DNA from: a virus
Taxonomy: Duplodnaviria; Caudoviricetes
IMG/VR virus record: IMGVR_UViG_3300012207_000003
Span: 163 to 64,162 of that record
DNA length: 64,000 bases
Direction: 5' to 3' (one strand)
Shown in pieces: positions 19,322 through 28,606 of the stretch. The position numbers and the translations under genes were made by a program. The stretch's first letter is position 1. Each line of letters opens with the position of its first letter. The notes under the pieces were generated by a model. It was not told where the DNA came from and ran no database searches. It saw only the letters and a program-made list of their open reading frames with translations.

Positions 19322-20784
19322 TATAAACCCTCCTCGTCTAAAACCTGTTTGATAATCTTGAATTGCTCTCCACTAAAGTGCATGGCATCTCGAATTTCAG
19401 TACGATTGAATCCTTGCTTGCGAAGTCTGATGATCTCATTTCTGATTTCTAGTGCTACTGGTATGCTACGCTCAACTGAATCAACGATAGAAATTTCTGG
19501 CATATCATACTGAAATGGCTCTATGTCTGGTTTCACGCCATTTCTGAAATCATCAGAAATGTTTCTGATTTCTTCCTGATTTCTGAAATTTCCAGAAATG
19601 TTTCTGGAAAACAACAGGCGTATATCATCGGTTGTTGTATCTGGAATTGCGACGATTTCAGGTTTGCGGTTTGAGGTTGCAAGCACTGCTTTTCCTGGCC
19701 CTGCGTTCTCTAAAATTGCCATCATGGACTTTGCTATATCGTTTTCAAGTCCAGCCATTCTTGCCTGTTGTGGTGAGGTACAAAACACATAGCGGCTTGC
19801 CATTGCATCACGAACGAGCGTACCACCCAAGATGGAAGCGGGTACTCCTTGCCCTGATATCAAGGCAAACATACCAACTTTCCGACCTTCTAAGACAATA
19901 CGGCGTATTGCTGGCAGTGCTTCCACAGCCATACTTGCAATAATTGGCATTTCATCGACTAATAAAAGAACAGGTTTAAAATGCGTTTGCCCCGCACGTC
20001 TGGCGCGTAACCTTTTTGTGAGATGTGCATCTAAACTGTGTGCATAGTCAATGATATCGCGTGGAGATTCGGCACATTCAAAGCTACTGCCAAGATCATC
20101 TAAGATAGATCCGTGAGGGTCAAATATAATCGGTTTGCCTCCAATTAATAGCACTTGACCGCATACATCACGTAGGAGCGTTGATTTGCCGGTACCAGGC
20201 CGTCCTACATCAAGTGTCGAAAGTAGATCAGTGATATCCCCCCATATAGGGCCTTGTGTGCCCTGCGCTAAGAAAAGGTGTCCTGGCCTGATTTGAGAGA
20301 CAACAGAGCTAAATGGCGGGGCTATAGGCAAGGCGGGGGGTAGTAACTCTTGCTCGGCATGCCCCCAGTTTAGCTCTTTAATAGTTGTATTGGAGGCATT
20401 AGCCGCTAATGCAGCTTGTGGATGGATGATATTCATTTCGCTTCCATCAGCATATTTGACTTGCACAGAACAGCCTTGAAGCAACGCAAGACTAACGGTA
20501 TCTCTTCTGTGCGTGCTGTCTTTGTGCTGATGCCTCACGCTGATGTGATGCAAGCCATGCAGATGTACGGCTTTGCCTGCTTTCCAGGTGATAGGTAGCC
20601 CGACACATATACCTATCATCGCTGCGAGTGGCATACCCCAGCTATACCAGTTCAAGAGAATAAGAGAAAACAAACAAAAGAGAATCAGAAAAACCATAGC
20701 GCCTAAACCCAGCCATGTTTCAATTGGTAGTGATGTTCTGTATTCTCTCTTCTCAGATACAACTCTTTGTTCGTTCATACTCAC
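19321..20784 (-). CDS. membrane-anchored FtsK/HerA/TraB-family ATPase
   Basis: 2 N-terminal TM helices, Walker A GRPGTGKS, IIFDPH, Walker B LLLVDE, EGRKVG...SGQ, C-terminal HTH. Confidence 0.8.
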   Translation of the reverse strand: MSMNEQRVVSEKREYRTSLPIETWLGLGAMVFLILFCLFSLILLNWYSWGMPLAAMIGICVGLPITWKAGKAVHLHGLHHISVRHQHKDSTHRRDTVSLALLQGCSVQVKYADGSEMNIIHPQAALAANASNTTIKELNWGHAEQELLPPALPIAPPFSSVVSQIRPGHLFLAQGTQGPIWGDITDLLSTLDVGRPGTGKSTLLRDVCGQVLLIGGKPIIFDPHGSILDDLGSSFECAESPRDIIDYAHSLDAHLTKRLRARRAGQTHFKPVLLLVDEMPIIASMAVEALPAIRRIVLEGRKVGMFALISGQGVPASILGGTLVRDAMASRYVFCTSPQQARMAGLENDIAKSMMAILENAGPGKAVLATSNRKPEIVAIPDTTTDDIRLLFSRNISGNFRNQEEIRNISDDFRNGVKPDIEPFQYDMPEISIVDSVERSIPVALEIRNEIIRLRKQGFNRTEIRDAMHFSGEQFKIIKQVLDEEGL

Positions 20785-20846
20785 ACATCCCCGTTTCCAG
20801 TTCGTTCTACTAGTGACGCTCTGTTAATCAATCCTACGGAGTGTTT

Positions 20847-20880
20847 AAACTGGCTTGCCATGTACATGGCAAGCCAGTTT
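20847..20880. repeat. 34-bp perfect palindrome
   Basis: AAACTGGCTTGCCATGT|ACATGGCAAGCCAGTTT. Confidence 0.95.
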
Positions 20881-20895
20881 GTTACTACGTTTTAC

Positions 20896-21147
20896 TTATC
20901 CTCTCCCGCAAAGTTTATCCCATAATGATGGCTCTTTTTCGACATTCGGGCCACTATTCCAATAATCACGGAATCCATCATAAAACGCTCTCGGATTGTC
21001 GCTTAAATCTTCAGACATGTGTTCAACTTGCATCGGCGAAACTTCAGCATCTACCTCTTCCAAAGTCTCTGCCCAGTCAGCACCATTATAGTAGTCGTCT
21101 GCTGAGTTAGCGTTAATAAAGTTTAATGCTGCTCGTAAAATTCCCAT
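20896..21147 (-). CDS. hypothetical acidic protein
   Basis: AAGGGA SD. Confidence 0.5.
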   Translation of the reverse strand: MGILRAALNFINANSADDYYNGADWAETLEEVDAEVSPMQVEHMSEDLSDNPRAFYDGFRDYWNSGPNVEKEPSLWDKLCGRG

Positions 21148-21258
21148 AGTCTTTGTCCCTTTCTGTTACACTTCTTTCAGATGAACATATCATCTGTGTG
21201 CTTGTTGCTTTGTCCTTTTGCAACAAGCACCATTTCTAAAACTACTACTAAAACTGCG

Positions 21259-21617
21259 CTACAACGACGCTAGAGCCTCTTCCAACCCTAAAACCCATAG
21301 TGCATCAGGTTCTTGCTTTGGCTGTGCTACAGGCTTCTTAAGCGCATAGCTAATGGCGATAATAAGCAACGTCACCGAGCCAAATAGGAAAAGTGTCGAG
21401 ATAATTGAAAGGAACATACTATCCCTCCTCCTCATGATTTTTCCTGAACTGGAACAGGGACAGTAGCAGGCTTGTTCAAACGCCACTGTGCTAATGTGTG
21501 CTTGCTAATAACTACAATGGCAGCTCCGCCAGCTATCAAGAACAAATTGGTAAAAGAAATCACACAATACTCGACTAACATACACACCCTCTTTTCAAAA
21601 AAATACAGACTACACAA
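21259..21617 (-). CDS. two tandem small single-TM proteins
   Basis: MLVEYCVISFTNLFLIAGGAAIVVI... and MFLSIISTLFLFGSVTLLIIAI..., each with a strong SD. Confidence 0.5.
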
Positions 21618-21622
21618 ACATG

Positions 21623-21886
21623 CTATGGTAATTTCTCGTCAAGAATTTTGACGACTTCAACTTTGGAAGCTTCGATGATAAACGCTCCATCGATATCAAA
21701 GCTTGTCCACCATGTATCACGTATAACAGGCCTGTCAGCTCTTCCCCACTGAACCATCTCAATCTCTTCACCAAGATGAAATGTATATTCCCGATACGGG
21801 TCAACTGACCTCTTCATCGTCATCTCCTTGACACGAACGAGAGCGCGTCTATGCCAATCATGTGATGCTATCATGTTCTCATTCAT
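21623..21886 (-). CDS. hypothetical protein
   Basis: AAGGA SD; WWTSFDIDGAFII. Confidence 0.5.
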   Translation of the reverse strand: MNENMIASHDWHRRALVRVKEMTMKRSVDPYREYTFHLGEEIEMVQWGRADRPVIRDTWWTSFDIDGAFIIEASKVEVVKILDEKLP

Positions 21887-21911
21887 CCTTTCCGAAATGT
21901 AGAACTACACA

Positions 21912-22139
21912 TCAGAGAATTTTCAATCCATCCAGATCACCTACGTAAATATCTCGCTTCATGGCTTTGCTGAGTGCTTCTACAATCTTGAGTGCCGTTC
22001 GGCTAGAGCATTCATCCTGAAATATGGCTTTACTGGCCGTTCGCCAGGTGATTCTTGCTTCCCTGGCAAGCTTGGAAACATTCCAACCGAGATATTGACA
22101 ATAATCCTGGAGCGTCACGAGATTATCTTCCTGATACAT
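21912..22139 (-). CDS. Cro/XRE-like HTH regulator
   Basis: LQDYCQYLGWNVSKLAREARITWRTASKAI; first gene of the leftward operon. Confidence 0.7.
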   Translation of the reverse strand: MYQEDNLVTLQDYCQYLGWNVSKLAREARITWRTASKAIFQDECSSRTALKIVEALSKAMKRDIYVGDLDGLKIL

Positions 22140-22242
22140 AATACCTCTTATGATACGTATTTTACCTATGAATACACAAAGAATACCTAACAAATACAGA
22201 AAAAGCAAGCAAACAGGCGTAAAAGAGGCAATTCAGGAAGAT

Positions 22243-22392
22243 AAAAACAAACGTAAACGAAGTGTAGTAAACGTAGATAAAACGTTGAAAACAAAAATCT
22301 ACACTTCAATGAGCTTGAAAGGTTCAGCTTCTAAGCACGAATGATAGGAAGTGTCGAAATGTAGACGCGTTTTGAACAAAGTTTTTTGAAAA
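22243..22392 (+). repeat. left arm of long imperfect inverted repeat (iteron-rich)
   Basis: 22294-22392 matches the reverse complement of 24060-24158 at about 80/99 nt, ungapped, counted by hand. Confidence 0.9.
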
Positions 22393-22544
22393 CCAGGATG
22401 GTTTGAGATACTTTTTGAAAGTTGTACACATTCTCAGATAGTTTTCAACATTTCTGTGAATAAGTCCTATCTGGCGATGTGGAGATGAAAAAAAACGAAT
22501 AATTACGAATTTTTGAAAATTGCGAAAATTCATCTTGAAAATGC

Positions 22545-22573
22545 TTGACAATCAAGTTTGAATATGTTAACAT
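22545..22573 (+). promoter_or_regulatory. sigma70-type promoter
   Basis: TTGACA-N17-TAACAT with upstream A-tracts. Confidence 0.7.
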
Positions 22574-22618
22574 TCAAGTGTACCAAGAAAGTACAAAAGA
22601 AACAAAGGAGAAAACAAG

Positions 22619-22969
22619 ATGTATAGTCAGAATTTCAAACCAGTTGCCTACCGTCGCAATGAGATCGAGGACATGAAGTCCTTCACCGAGATGGAGCAAG
22701 CACAATTCGAGCAAGAGCGCAACGAGCAGGACGCTCATAACAACGCCAATACGCTCGTCTGGACACTCAGCAATGGGCAAGAAGTTCGCGTTCGTCCAGT
22801 CTATGACGATCATTTTGATTGCATCATGTACGCCGTCAAAATCGGCAATGCCGAGTATAGGAATTATGATCTTGAGTTAGTTCGCAATGTTCCTGGCGTC
22901 GTTGCAAAAGTCGGGCCAGTTGGCCTGACAGCAGAGCGCAAAAGCGCATTAGAGAAAATGGAGACATAA
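22619..22969 (+). CDS. hypothetical protein
   Basis: AAGGAG SD; first gene after the promoter. Confidence 0.65.
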   Translation: MYSQNFKPVAYRRNEIEDMKSFTEMEQAQFEQERNEQDAHNNANTLVWTLSNGQEVRVRPVYDDHFDCIMYAVKIGNAEYRNYDLELVRNVPGVVAKVGPVGLTAERKSALEKMET

Positions 22970-23316
22970 TGGAAAAGCAAGATGTTTTCGTTATATCCTC
23001 TCAAAAGGATATGGAAGCATTCAAGAAGTGGGGAGGCAAGCGTCAGGGCGCAGGTCGCCCGCATGAACACCAGGAATATCTCCTAGTTGAAGTCGTCGAT
23101 TTCTACGGCGACAAGGACACGCTCATAGCAGGCATGGTTGGCAGTCGTGGCGTAGAAGCAAGAGCGCAAAGCATCGCTACCCATCATGTCAATGAGCAAG
23201 CGCTATCAGTCAAAATTGTAAAGCGTCTGTGTTGCTCCCATGGCGAGAGCGCACTAGTCGAAATCATAAAGCATGAGCAAGCAGCTATTGATATTCGCGA
23301 AGAATTGAAAAAGTAA
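22969..23316 (+). CDS. hypothetical protein with WGGKRQGAGRP DNA-binding-type motif
   Basis: TAATG coupling; motif visible. Confidence 0.6.
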   Translation: MEKQDVFVISSQKDMEAFKKWGGKRQGAGRPHEHQEYLLVEVVDFYGDKDTLIAGMVGSRGVEARAQSIATHHVNEQALSVKIVKRLCCSHGESALVEIIKHEQAAIDIREELKK

Positions 23317-23362
23317 CAGCCTCGCACAACAAGGTAGCCCGAAAGGGCGGAAAGGCACAAAA

Positions 23363-23608
23363 ATGGCAAATGTTAATATCCAGGGGGACGACCTGGATAA
23401 TGTTTCGACAAAAATTGAAATCTCCTCGCTTGAGGAACTAGGCAATCTTCTGGCAGCAATGCCAGAGGGTACAACGGCGAATGTGCTTGGCGGTGATTTG
23501 GACGCGGGCAATTTCGAGGTTGCCCATCTCGAAACACCAATTGGCAGTAGCATTGGCATTTTGTATTCTGGCCCTGTCGCGGAGGGCTATCAAAGCCCAT
23601 TCGAGTAA
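23363..23608 (+). CDS. hypothetical acidic protein
   Basis: ORF followed by a terminator. Confidence 0.55.
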   Translation: MANVNIQGDDLDNVSTKIEISSLEELGNLLAAMPEGTTANVLGGDLDAGNFEVAHLETPIGSSIGILYSGPVAEGYQSPFE

Positions 23609-23636
23609 GCCCCTCGCTACAATCCAGCCAGCGCAT

Positions 23637-23672
23637 GACCTCTAAGAGAGCAATGTCTTAGAGGTTCTTTTT
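23637..23672 (+). terminator. intrinsic terminator
   Basis: ACCTCTAAGA-loop-TCTTAGAGGT followed by a T run. Confidence 0.7.
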
Positions 23673-24059
23673 TATTTCTAGGCAGGGGTACAGTAGGGAG
23701 GCTATTTCATATAGACATAAAACTATTGTTCAGTTCATGTGTATACAGTATTTATCTCTATATTATATGTTGAATGAAAAAATAAACTATGGGGGTATCT
23801 TAGTATCTAGTACTATATACTATAACACAGTATAGCAATAGTACAAAAGTACTAGTATCATTTTAACCCCTGCTTAGTGAGAAGAGAACTATTAAAAATA
23901 AACTGAACAATAACACCTATCTGGAAATCTGATACTAGCCCCTGCTTTGTGGATACTCATATTTGTTACCAGGATTGAAATTCTGATGTGCTTCAGGTTC
24001 CAGGTGAGTGATAGATCATCTCAGTTAGATTTTTTAATCCTGGCATCACAAAGAGGGCA

Positions 24060-24208
24060 TTTTCAAAAAACTTTGCTAGAATCACGTCTACATTTCGACA
24101 CTTCATACTCTTTGAGCTTAGAAGCTCTACTATTCAAGCATAAGGAAGTGTAGATTTTACTTTCGACACTTCGTCAACACTTCTACACTTCCTTTACACT
24201 TGCTTTTC
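24060..24208 (-). repeat. right arm of long imperfect inverted repeat (iteron-rich)
   Basis: Tandem ACACTT units: TCGACACTTC, TCAACACTTC, CTACACTTC, TTACACTTG. Confidence 0.9.
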
Positions 24209-24435
24209 ATCCTCCAGACACGGTATACTTCAAGCAGTCCTTCATACTCGTACTTCGGGAAATAGGCGGTTTTTAGCAAAGAAGAGTTTTCAAAGTAGTA
24301 TCCTTTCCCCACTTTGAAAGCTCTTCTTGTTTTTTTACACAAGAAACGGTATATTGTGGATGAGTATTCTTGTGGGTGAATACTTACTTCATGAGCAGTG
24401 TACGTGTGTATTCAGATGTGGGGAAGAGTTAGAGA

Positions 24436-24960
24436 ATGCAAGAAAATGTATCCCTTTCCAGAAATCAAGAGCGTTTCTTGCAATTGCTGTTACTTGGCAA
24501 GAACATAACCGCCGCTTCAAAAGAAGTCGGCATTAATCCAGTCACAGCGCATCGTTGGCTCAATACTCCTGTATTCCAGGAAGAGCGCAAACGCCGTGAA
24601 GCTGAGTTATCCAAGCTTGAACAGGAAGAGATAACTCGTATTCTCACTAGTGGCTATGCTCTCATGCATCGACGTGTCGAAGCTCTTGATAAACTCTCAA
24701 AGAAGCTAGAATCCTATTTAGAAGACGAGTCAAAAATCTGGCTTGCAGATGTGAAAGCAGTAGGGCTTGAACGTGTAGATCTTGTTCAATTCAATGCTGA
24801 CTTGTTCAAAGAATACCGCGCTACCTTTGCCGATCTTGCCAGCGAACTAGGCCAGCGTGTGAAGAAGACAGAGACAGAGCACAGTGGCGCAATTGATCTG
24901 ACAGGCGCAAAAGATAGATTACTCGGAAAACTCGCAACACTTCCAGATGATGAATCCTGA
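24436..24960 (+). CDS. terS: terminase small subunit (HTH)
   Basis: N-terminal HTH, helical body, EHSG motif; overlaps terL. Confidence 0.75.
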   Translation: MQENVSLSRNQERFLQLLLLGKNITAASKEVGINPVTAHRWLNTPVFQEERKRREAELSKLEQEEITRILTSGYALMHRRVEALDKLSKKLESYLEDESKIWLADVKAVGLERVDLVQFNADLFKEYRATFADLASELGQRVKKTETEHSGAIDLTGAKDRLLGKLATLPDDES

Positions 24961-26317
24961 AGAATACGCGTTTTATCGCAATTTCTCAAAGAAGTCAAAA
25001 GTCGAAAAGCTCGCATTTATTGCAACGCTTACAGACGATGAAGCAGTACGTTTACAATTTACCTGGCAAGCCTGGGCTAGGGATAAACAATTAACCCCTC
25101 CAGGGGCATGGGCAACATGGGTTATCATGGCCGGTCGTGGGTTTGGAAAAACACGAACAGGAGCTGAACAAACCCGTATCTGGGCCGAGGAAGATCCAAA
25201 CGCTCGTATTGCGCTTGTAGCGAGGACAGCCGCCGATATTCGTGATGTCATGGTTGAGGGTGAGTCTGGCATACTGGCTATATCCCCTCCCTGGTTTAAG
25301 CCACACTATGAACCATCCAAGCGTCGTTTGACCTGGCCGAATGGGGCGCAAGCTACAACCTACAGTGCAGAACAACCTGACCAATTGGCAGGGCCACAGC
25401 ATACAAAGTTCTGGGCAGATGAGAGAAGTACCTGGCAATACGATGAAACCTGGGATCAGCTTCAATTTGGTTTGAGGTTAGGCGCGAATCCGCAAGGCGT
25501 GGTCACAATGACACCTCGCCCTACCAAAGCGGTAAAGGCTCTTTTAAAAGACGAAACAACCGTTGTCACACGTGGTAGTACACGCGAAAACAAAGGGAAC
25601 TTAGCAAAGCGTTTCTACCGTGAAATCACTCGTAAATATGAGGGTACACGGCTAGGCAGGCAAGAATTAGAGGGCGAAGTCATTGAGGATGTAGACGGGG
25701 CATTGTGGAAACGCGAGGCAATGATTGAGCAGTTACGAGTCTATAAACATCCTGAATTGAAACGTATTGTTGTTGGGGTTGACCCGTCAGTGACAAGTAC
25801 AGAAGAGAGTGCTGAAACTGGTATTGTCATAGCGGGCGTAGGCATAGACGATCATGGTTATGTGCTGCAAGATAGGTCACTGCTTGCAAGCCCTAACGAG
25901 TGGGCAAAGGAAGTCATAGCAGGTTACTACCTGCTTGAAGCTGACAGGGTGATAGGAGAGGTCAATAATGGCGGTGACTTGGTAGAAACGGTGTTACGTA
26001 ACATCGACAAAGCTATTTCATATAAATCGGTACGTGCTACCAGGGGGAAACAACTCAGAGCAGAGCCAGTCAGTAGCTTTTATGAACGATCTTTAATACA
26101 TCATGTTGGCACATTCCCTGACCTCGAAGATCAAATGTGCTCATGGGTTCCAGGTGAGAAGTCGCCAGATAGGCTTGATGCACTCGTTTGGGCATTCACC
26201 GAGATGATGGTAGGTCAAGTACAGATAGGTGGCATGATGGTTGATACCGATACAAGAGAGCAAGAGGAGATGGAAGATGAGCAGGAAGAGCAATCGGCAT
26301 ACGCACTATTCAGGTAG
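24947..26317 (+). CDS. terL: terminase large subunit
   Basis: AGRGFGKT, FWADE, MTP, VGVDP, SPDRLDA. Confidence 0.95.
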   Translation: MMNPEEYAFYRNFSKKSKVEKLAFIATLTDDEAVRLQFTWQAWARDKQLTPPGAWATWVIMAGRGFGKTRTGAEQTRIWAEEDPNARIALVARTAADIRDVMVEGESGILAISPPWFKPHYEPSKRRLTWPNGAQATTYSAEQPDQLAGPQHTKFWADERSTWQYDETWDQLQFGLRLGANPQGVVTMTPRPTKAVKALLKDETTVVTRGSTRENKGNLAKRFYREITRKYEGTRLGRQELEGEVIEDVDGALWKREAMIEQLRVYKHPELKRIVVGVDPSVTSTEESAETGIVIAGVGIDDHGYVLQDRSLLASPNEWAKEVIAGYYLLEADRVIGEVNNGGDLVETVLRNIDKAISYKSVRATRGKQLRAEPVSSFYERSLIHHVGTFPDLEDQMCSWVPGEKSPDRLDALVWAFTEMMVGQVQIGGMMVDTDTREQEEMEDEQEEQSAYALFR

Positions 26318-26320
26318 TAG

Positions 26321-26641
26321 ATGATAGAGCAACAAGATGAGGCTTATCAGGCTCGTATCAAGCTTGTTGTTGGCCTTGTTGACTATTGGTTTCATCGTAA
26401 ACATCCAGGTTGGTATGGACTTGACCCTGATACCATGCAACCGGAGATGACAGAAGATGAAGCACTGGCCGCTATGAAAGAAGATGCCGAGCGGTTATGG
26501 GGAATGACAGATGAGCAATTGCACACGATGATGGATGCAACCCTGAATGACCTTATGGGGGTATCACCGTTACGCAATATGTTACCACATAAATCTAAGA
26601 TGACTTTTCCCATCAAGGTAAATCGATATATAGGGAGATGA
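26321..26641 (+). CDS. hypothetical protein
   Basis: In operon between terL and portal. Confidence 0.5.
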   Translation: MIEQQDEAYQARIKLVVGLVDYWFHRKHPGWYGLDPDTMQPEMTEDEALAAMKEDAERLWGMTDEQLHTMMDATLNDLMGVSPLRNMLPHKSKMTFPIKVNRYIGR

Positions 26642-26647
26642 TGGAAG

Positions 26648-28606
26648 ATGAGCAGGAAAAACCGACGTTCCAATTATCAACAAAATAAACCACGTCTTGT
26701 TACACAATCTCAATCATTGGATAATGAACAAATCTTCATACAACGTGGCAATCTTGCCCTGGTTGGTGAAGCACGTCCCCGCAAAACACCTGCTCCTCCA
26801 TCAGCTTCAAACAATCTCAGAAGCAAAGTACAATCCTTATCCCTTGACTGGGATGATAATGAAGCTCTCCAGATACAAGCTCAACGTCCTTTAACAGAAG
26901 CTGAACGTAAGGAAACGCTCTATAGCGTCTATGTTGGTAACACGTGGGTATCATCCTGTGTCGATGTCATCTCGAAACGTTTCACATCGGGCGGCTGGCA
27001 TTTAGAAGAAGTGGAAGAGGGCAAAGGGCAAGAAGCGAATAAAGACATCCTTAAAAAGTTCTTGTTGGATATCAACGACGATGAAGACTTTCTACAATTC
27101 CTCCGTGGGGCAGCAGATGACCTTGATATCTATGGCGAAGCATACGCTGAAATCATCCTGGGTAGTGATGGACTGCCAGCGCAGCTCGTCTCAATTGATT
27201 GTATCACGATGACCTATGAATTAGACGAACATGGGAACATCACTGGCTACACACAAACGCTTGTCAAATCAAATAGAACAGTCAAGTTCAAACCTGAACA
27301 GATTATCAGATGGTGGTTTCCCTCTAAACGCGCTCGCAAAGTAGCCTTTAGTCCCATTGAAAAGATGGTCAATCCAACCTATGCCGATAAGAGCATGGTT
27401 GACTGGGTACACATGTTCTTTAAGAAAGGTACTCGACCTAGTACTTGGATTAAGCTAGGGGACGACAGTGATATAGATGATGCTCGTCAATACCTCAAAT
27501 TCTACAAAGAGAACTATACAGGCGCGCAAAATGCACATACCCCACAAATTGCCTACGGCGGAGCTGAGATTAATGAATACGGCAAAGGCTCAATTGATGT
27601 TGACTTTGGCAAAGGTCGCTTATTCACGCGTGAAGAGGTACTAGCAGGCTATGGTGTCCCTCCAGCGTGTATCGGCATTATCGAAAGCGGTAACATTGGC
27701 AGTGGCACAGGGGAAGATCAAGACAAGGCACTCAGGAACAATACCGTTGACCCTCTCAAACAATTGATACTCGAAAAGCTCAATCGGCGGATTGTTGTAG
27801 GGGCATTTGGCATCACCGATTGGGTTGTCACAACCAAGTATGCTGACTATCGCAGTGATGTTGAGATATCCGAAGTACAATCAAAGCGTATTCAGAATGG
27901 CCTTTCAACCCCAAATCAGGAACGCATTGATTCAGGTAAGGCTCCCTATCCAGAGACAGGCGATACCCCTACCATTATTTCAGGTCGTGAGATCATACCT
28001 CTTGAACGATTGGATGATCTAGCAGACGAACAAAGGCAAGCAGCGCAAGTTCAGATTGATACCTCGAAAGCCGCACTTGATCTGGCGCAAACACAAGCAG
28101 ACAAAGCTAAACATCCTGACCCTGTAGCCCCTGCTCTGAATGGACAACAAAACAATGGACAACCTCCTATGAAAGCAGGTCAAGTGCCAGGCGCAGCGAT
28201 AGCACAAGGCACGCGGGCAGGGGAAAGCAAAGAGGAACTTCCAAAGGAACAAGAACAGCCTAAAGAAAGCGTATCTTATACCAAACGGCAACAGTTCGGC
28301 ATAGGCGCATGGCAACAAGCCGATCCGATCATTCAGCAACGGCTTACTGATATCCAATCTCGCGTCAAGCTCAAATGGAAGTTAGGCAAGAATGCCTGTT
28401 ATGCTTGTCGCATGAACGCTGGTGCTATCGTTTCATTAGGTGAATCATTCCCAAGTGGCGCATTAATAGCACCGTGCCATGATGGATGTGAATGCGAAGT
28501 AGAAGAGATATTCCTTGAAGAGGGAAGCCAACACTCTTTTTTCGTGAAAGCCTCCGACAATGGAGGCAACCAATCCCAGAACAACTCAAATGCGAACAAG
28601 AATTAG
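26648..28606 (+). CDS. portal protein (HK97-like) with C-terminal MuF-like Cys/His domain
   Basis: WVSSCVDVI, DL.IYGEAY, YGVPP..IG, TPNQER; C-terminal ACYAC..N...FPSG..APCHDGCEC. Confidence 0.88.
   Translation: MSRKNRRSNYQQNKPRLVTQSQSLDNEQIFIQRGNLALVGEARPRKTPAPPSASNNLRSKVQSLSLDWDDNEALQIQAQRPLTEAERKETLYSVYVGNTWVSSCVDVISKRFTSGGWHLEEVEEGKGQEANKDILKKFLLDINDDEDFLQFLRGAADDLDIYGEAYAEIILGSDGLPAQLVSIDCITMTYELDEHGNITGYTQTLVKSNRTVKFKPEQIIRWWFPSKRARKVAFSPIEKMVNPTYADKSMVDWVHMFFKKGTRPSTWIKLGDDSDIDDARQYLKFYKENYTGAQNAHTPQIAYGGAEINEYGKGSIDVDFGKGRLFTREEVLAGYGVPPACIGIIESGNIGSGTGEDQDKALRNNTVDPLKQLILEKLNRRIVVGAFGITDWVVTTKYADYRSDVEISEVQSKRIQNGLSTPNQERIDSGKAPYPETGDTPTIISGREIIPLERLDDLADEQRQAAQVQIDTSKAALDLAQTQADKAKHPDPVAPALNGQQNNGQPPMKAGQVPGAAIAQGTRAGESKEELPKEQEQPKESVSYTKRQQFGIGAWQQADPIIQQRLTDIQSRVKLKWKLGKNACYACRMNAGAIVSLGESFPSGALIAPCHDGCECEVEEIFLEEGSQHSFFVKASDNGGNQSQNNSNANKN

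Noticed and set aside
20847-20880. Palindrome as a protelomerase telRL site
   Set aside because: No protelomerase or tyrosine recombinase in the window; kept only as an unexplained palindrome.
22150-24342. ORFs 22150-22344 and 24157-24342 as duplicated genes explaining the inverted repeat
   Set aside because: The conserved blocks cross stop codons and do not keep a reading frame; the conservation is at DNA level.
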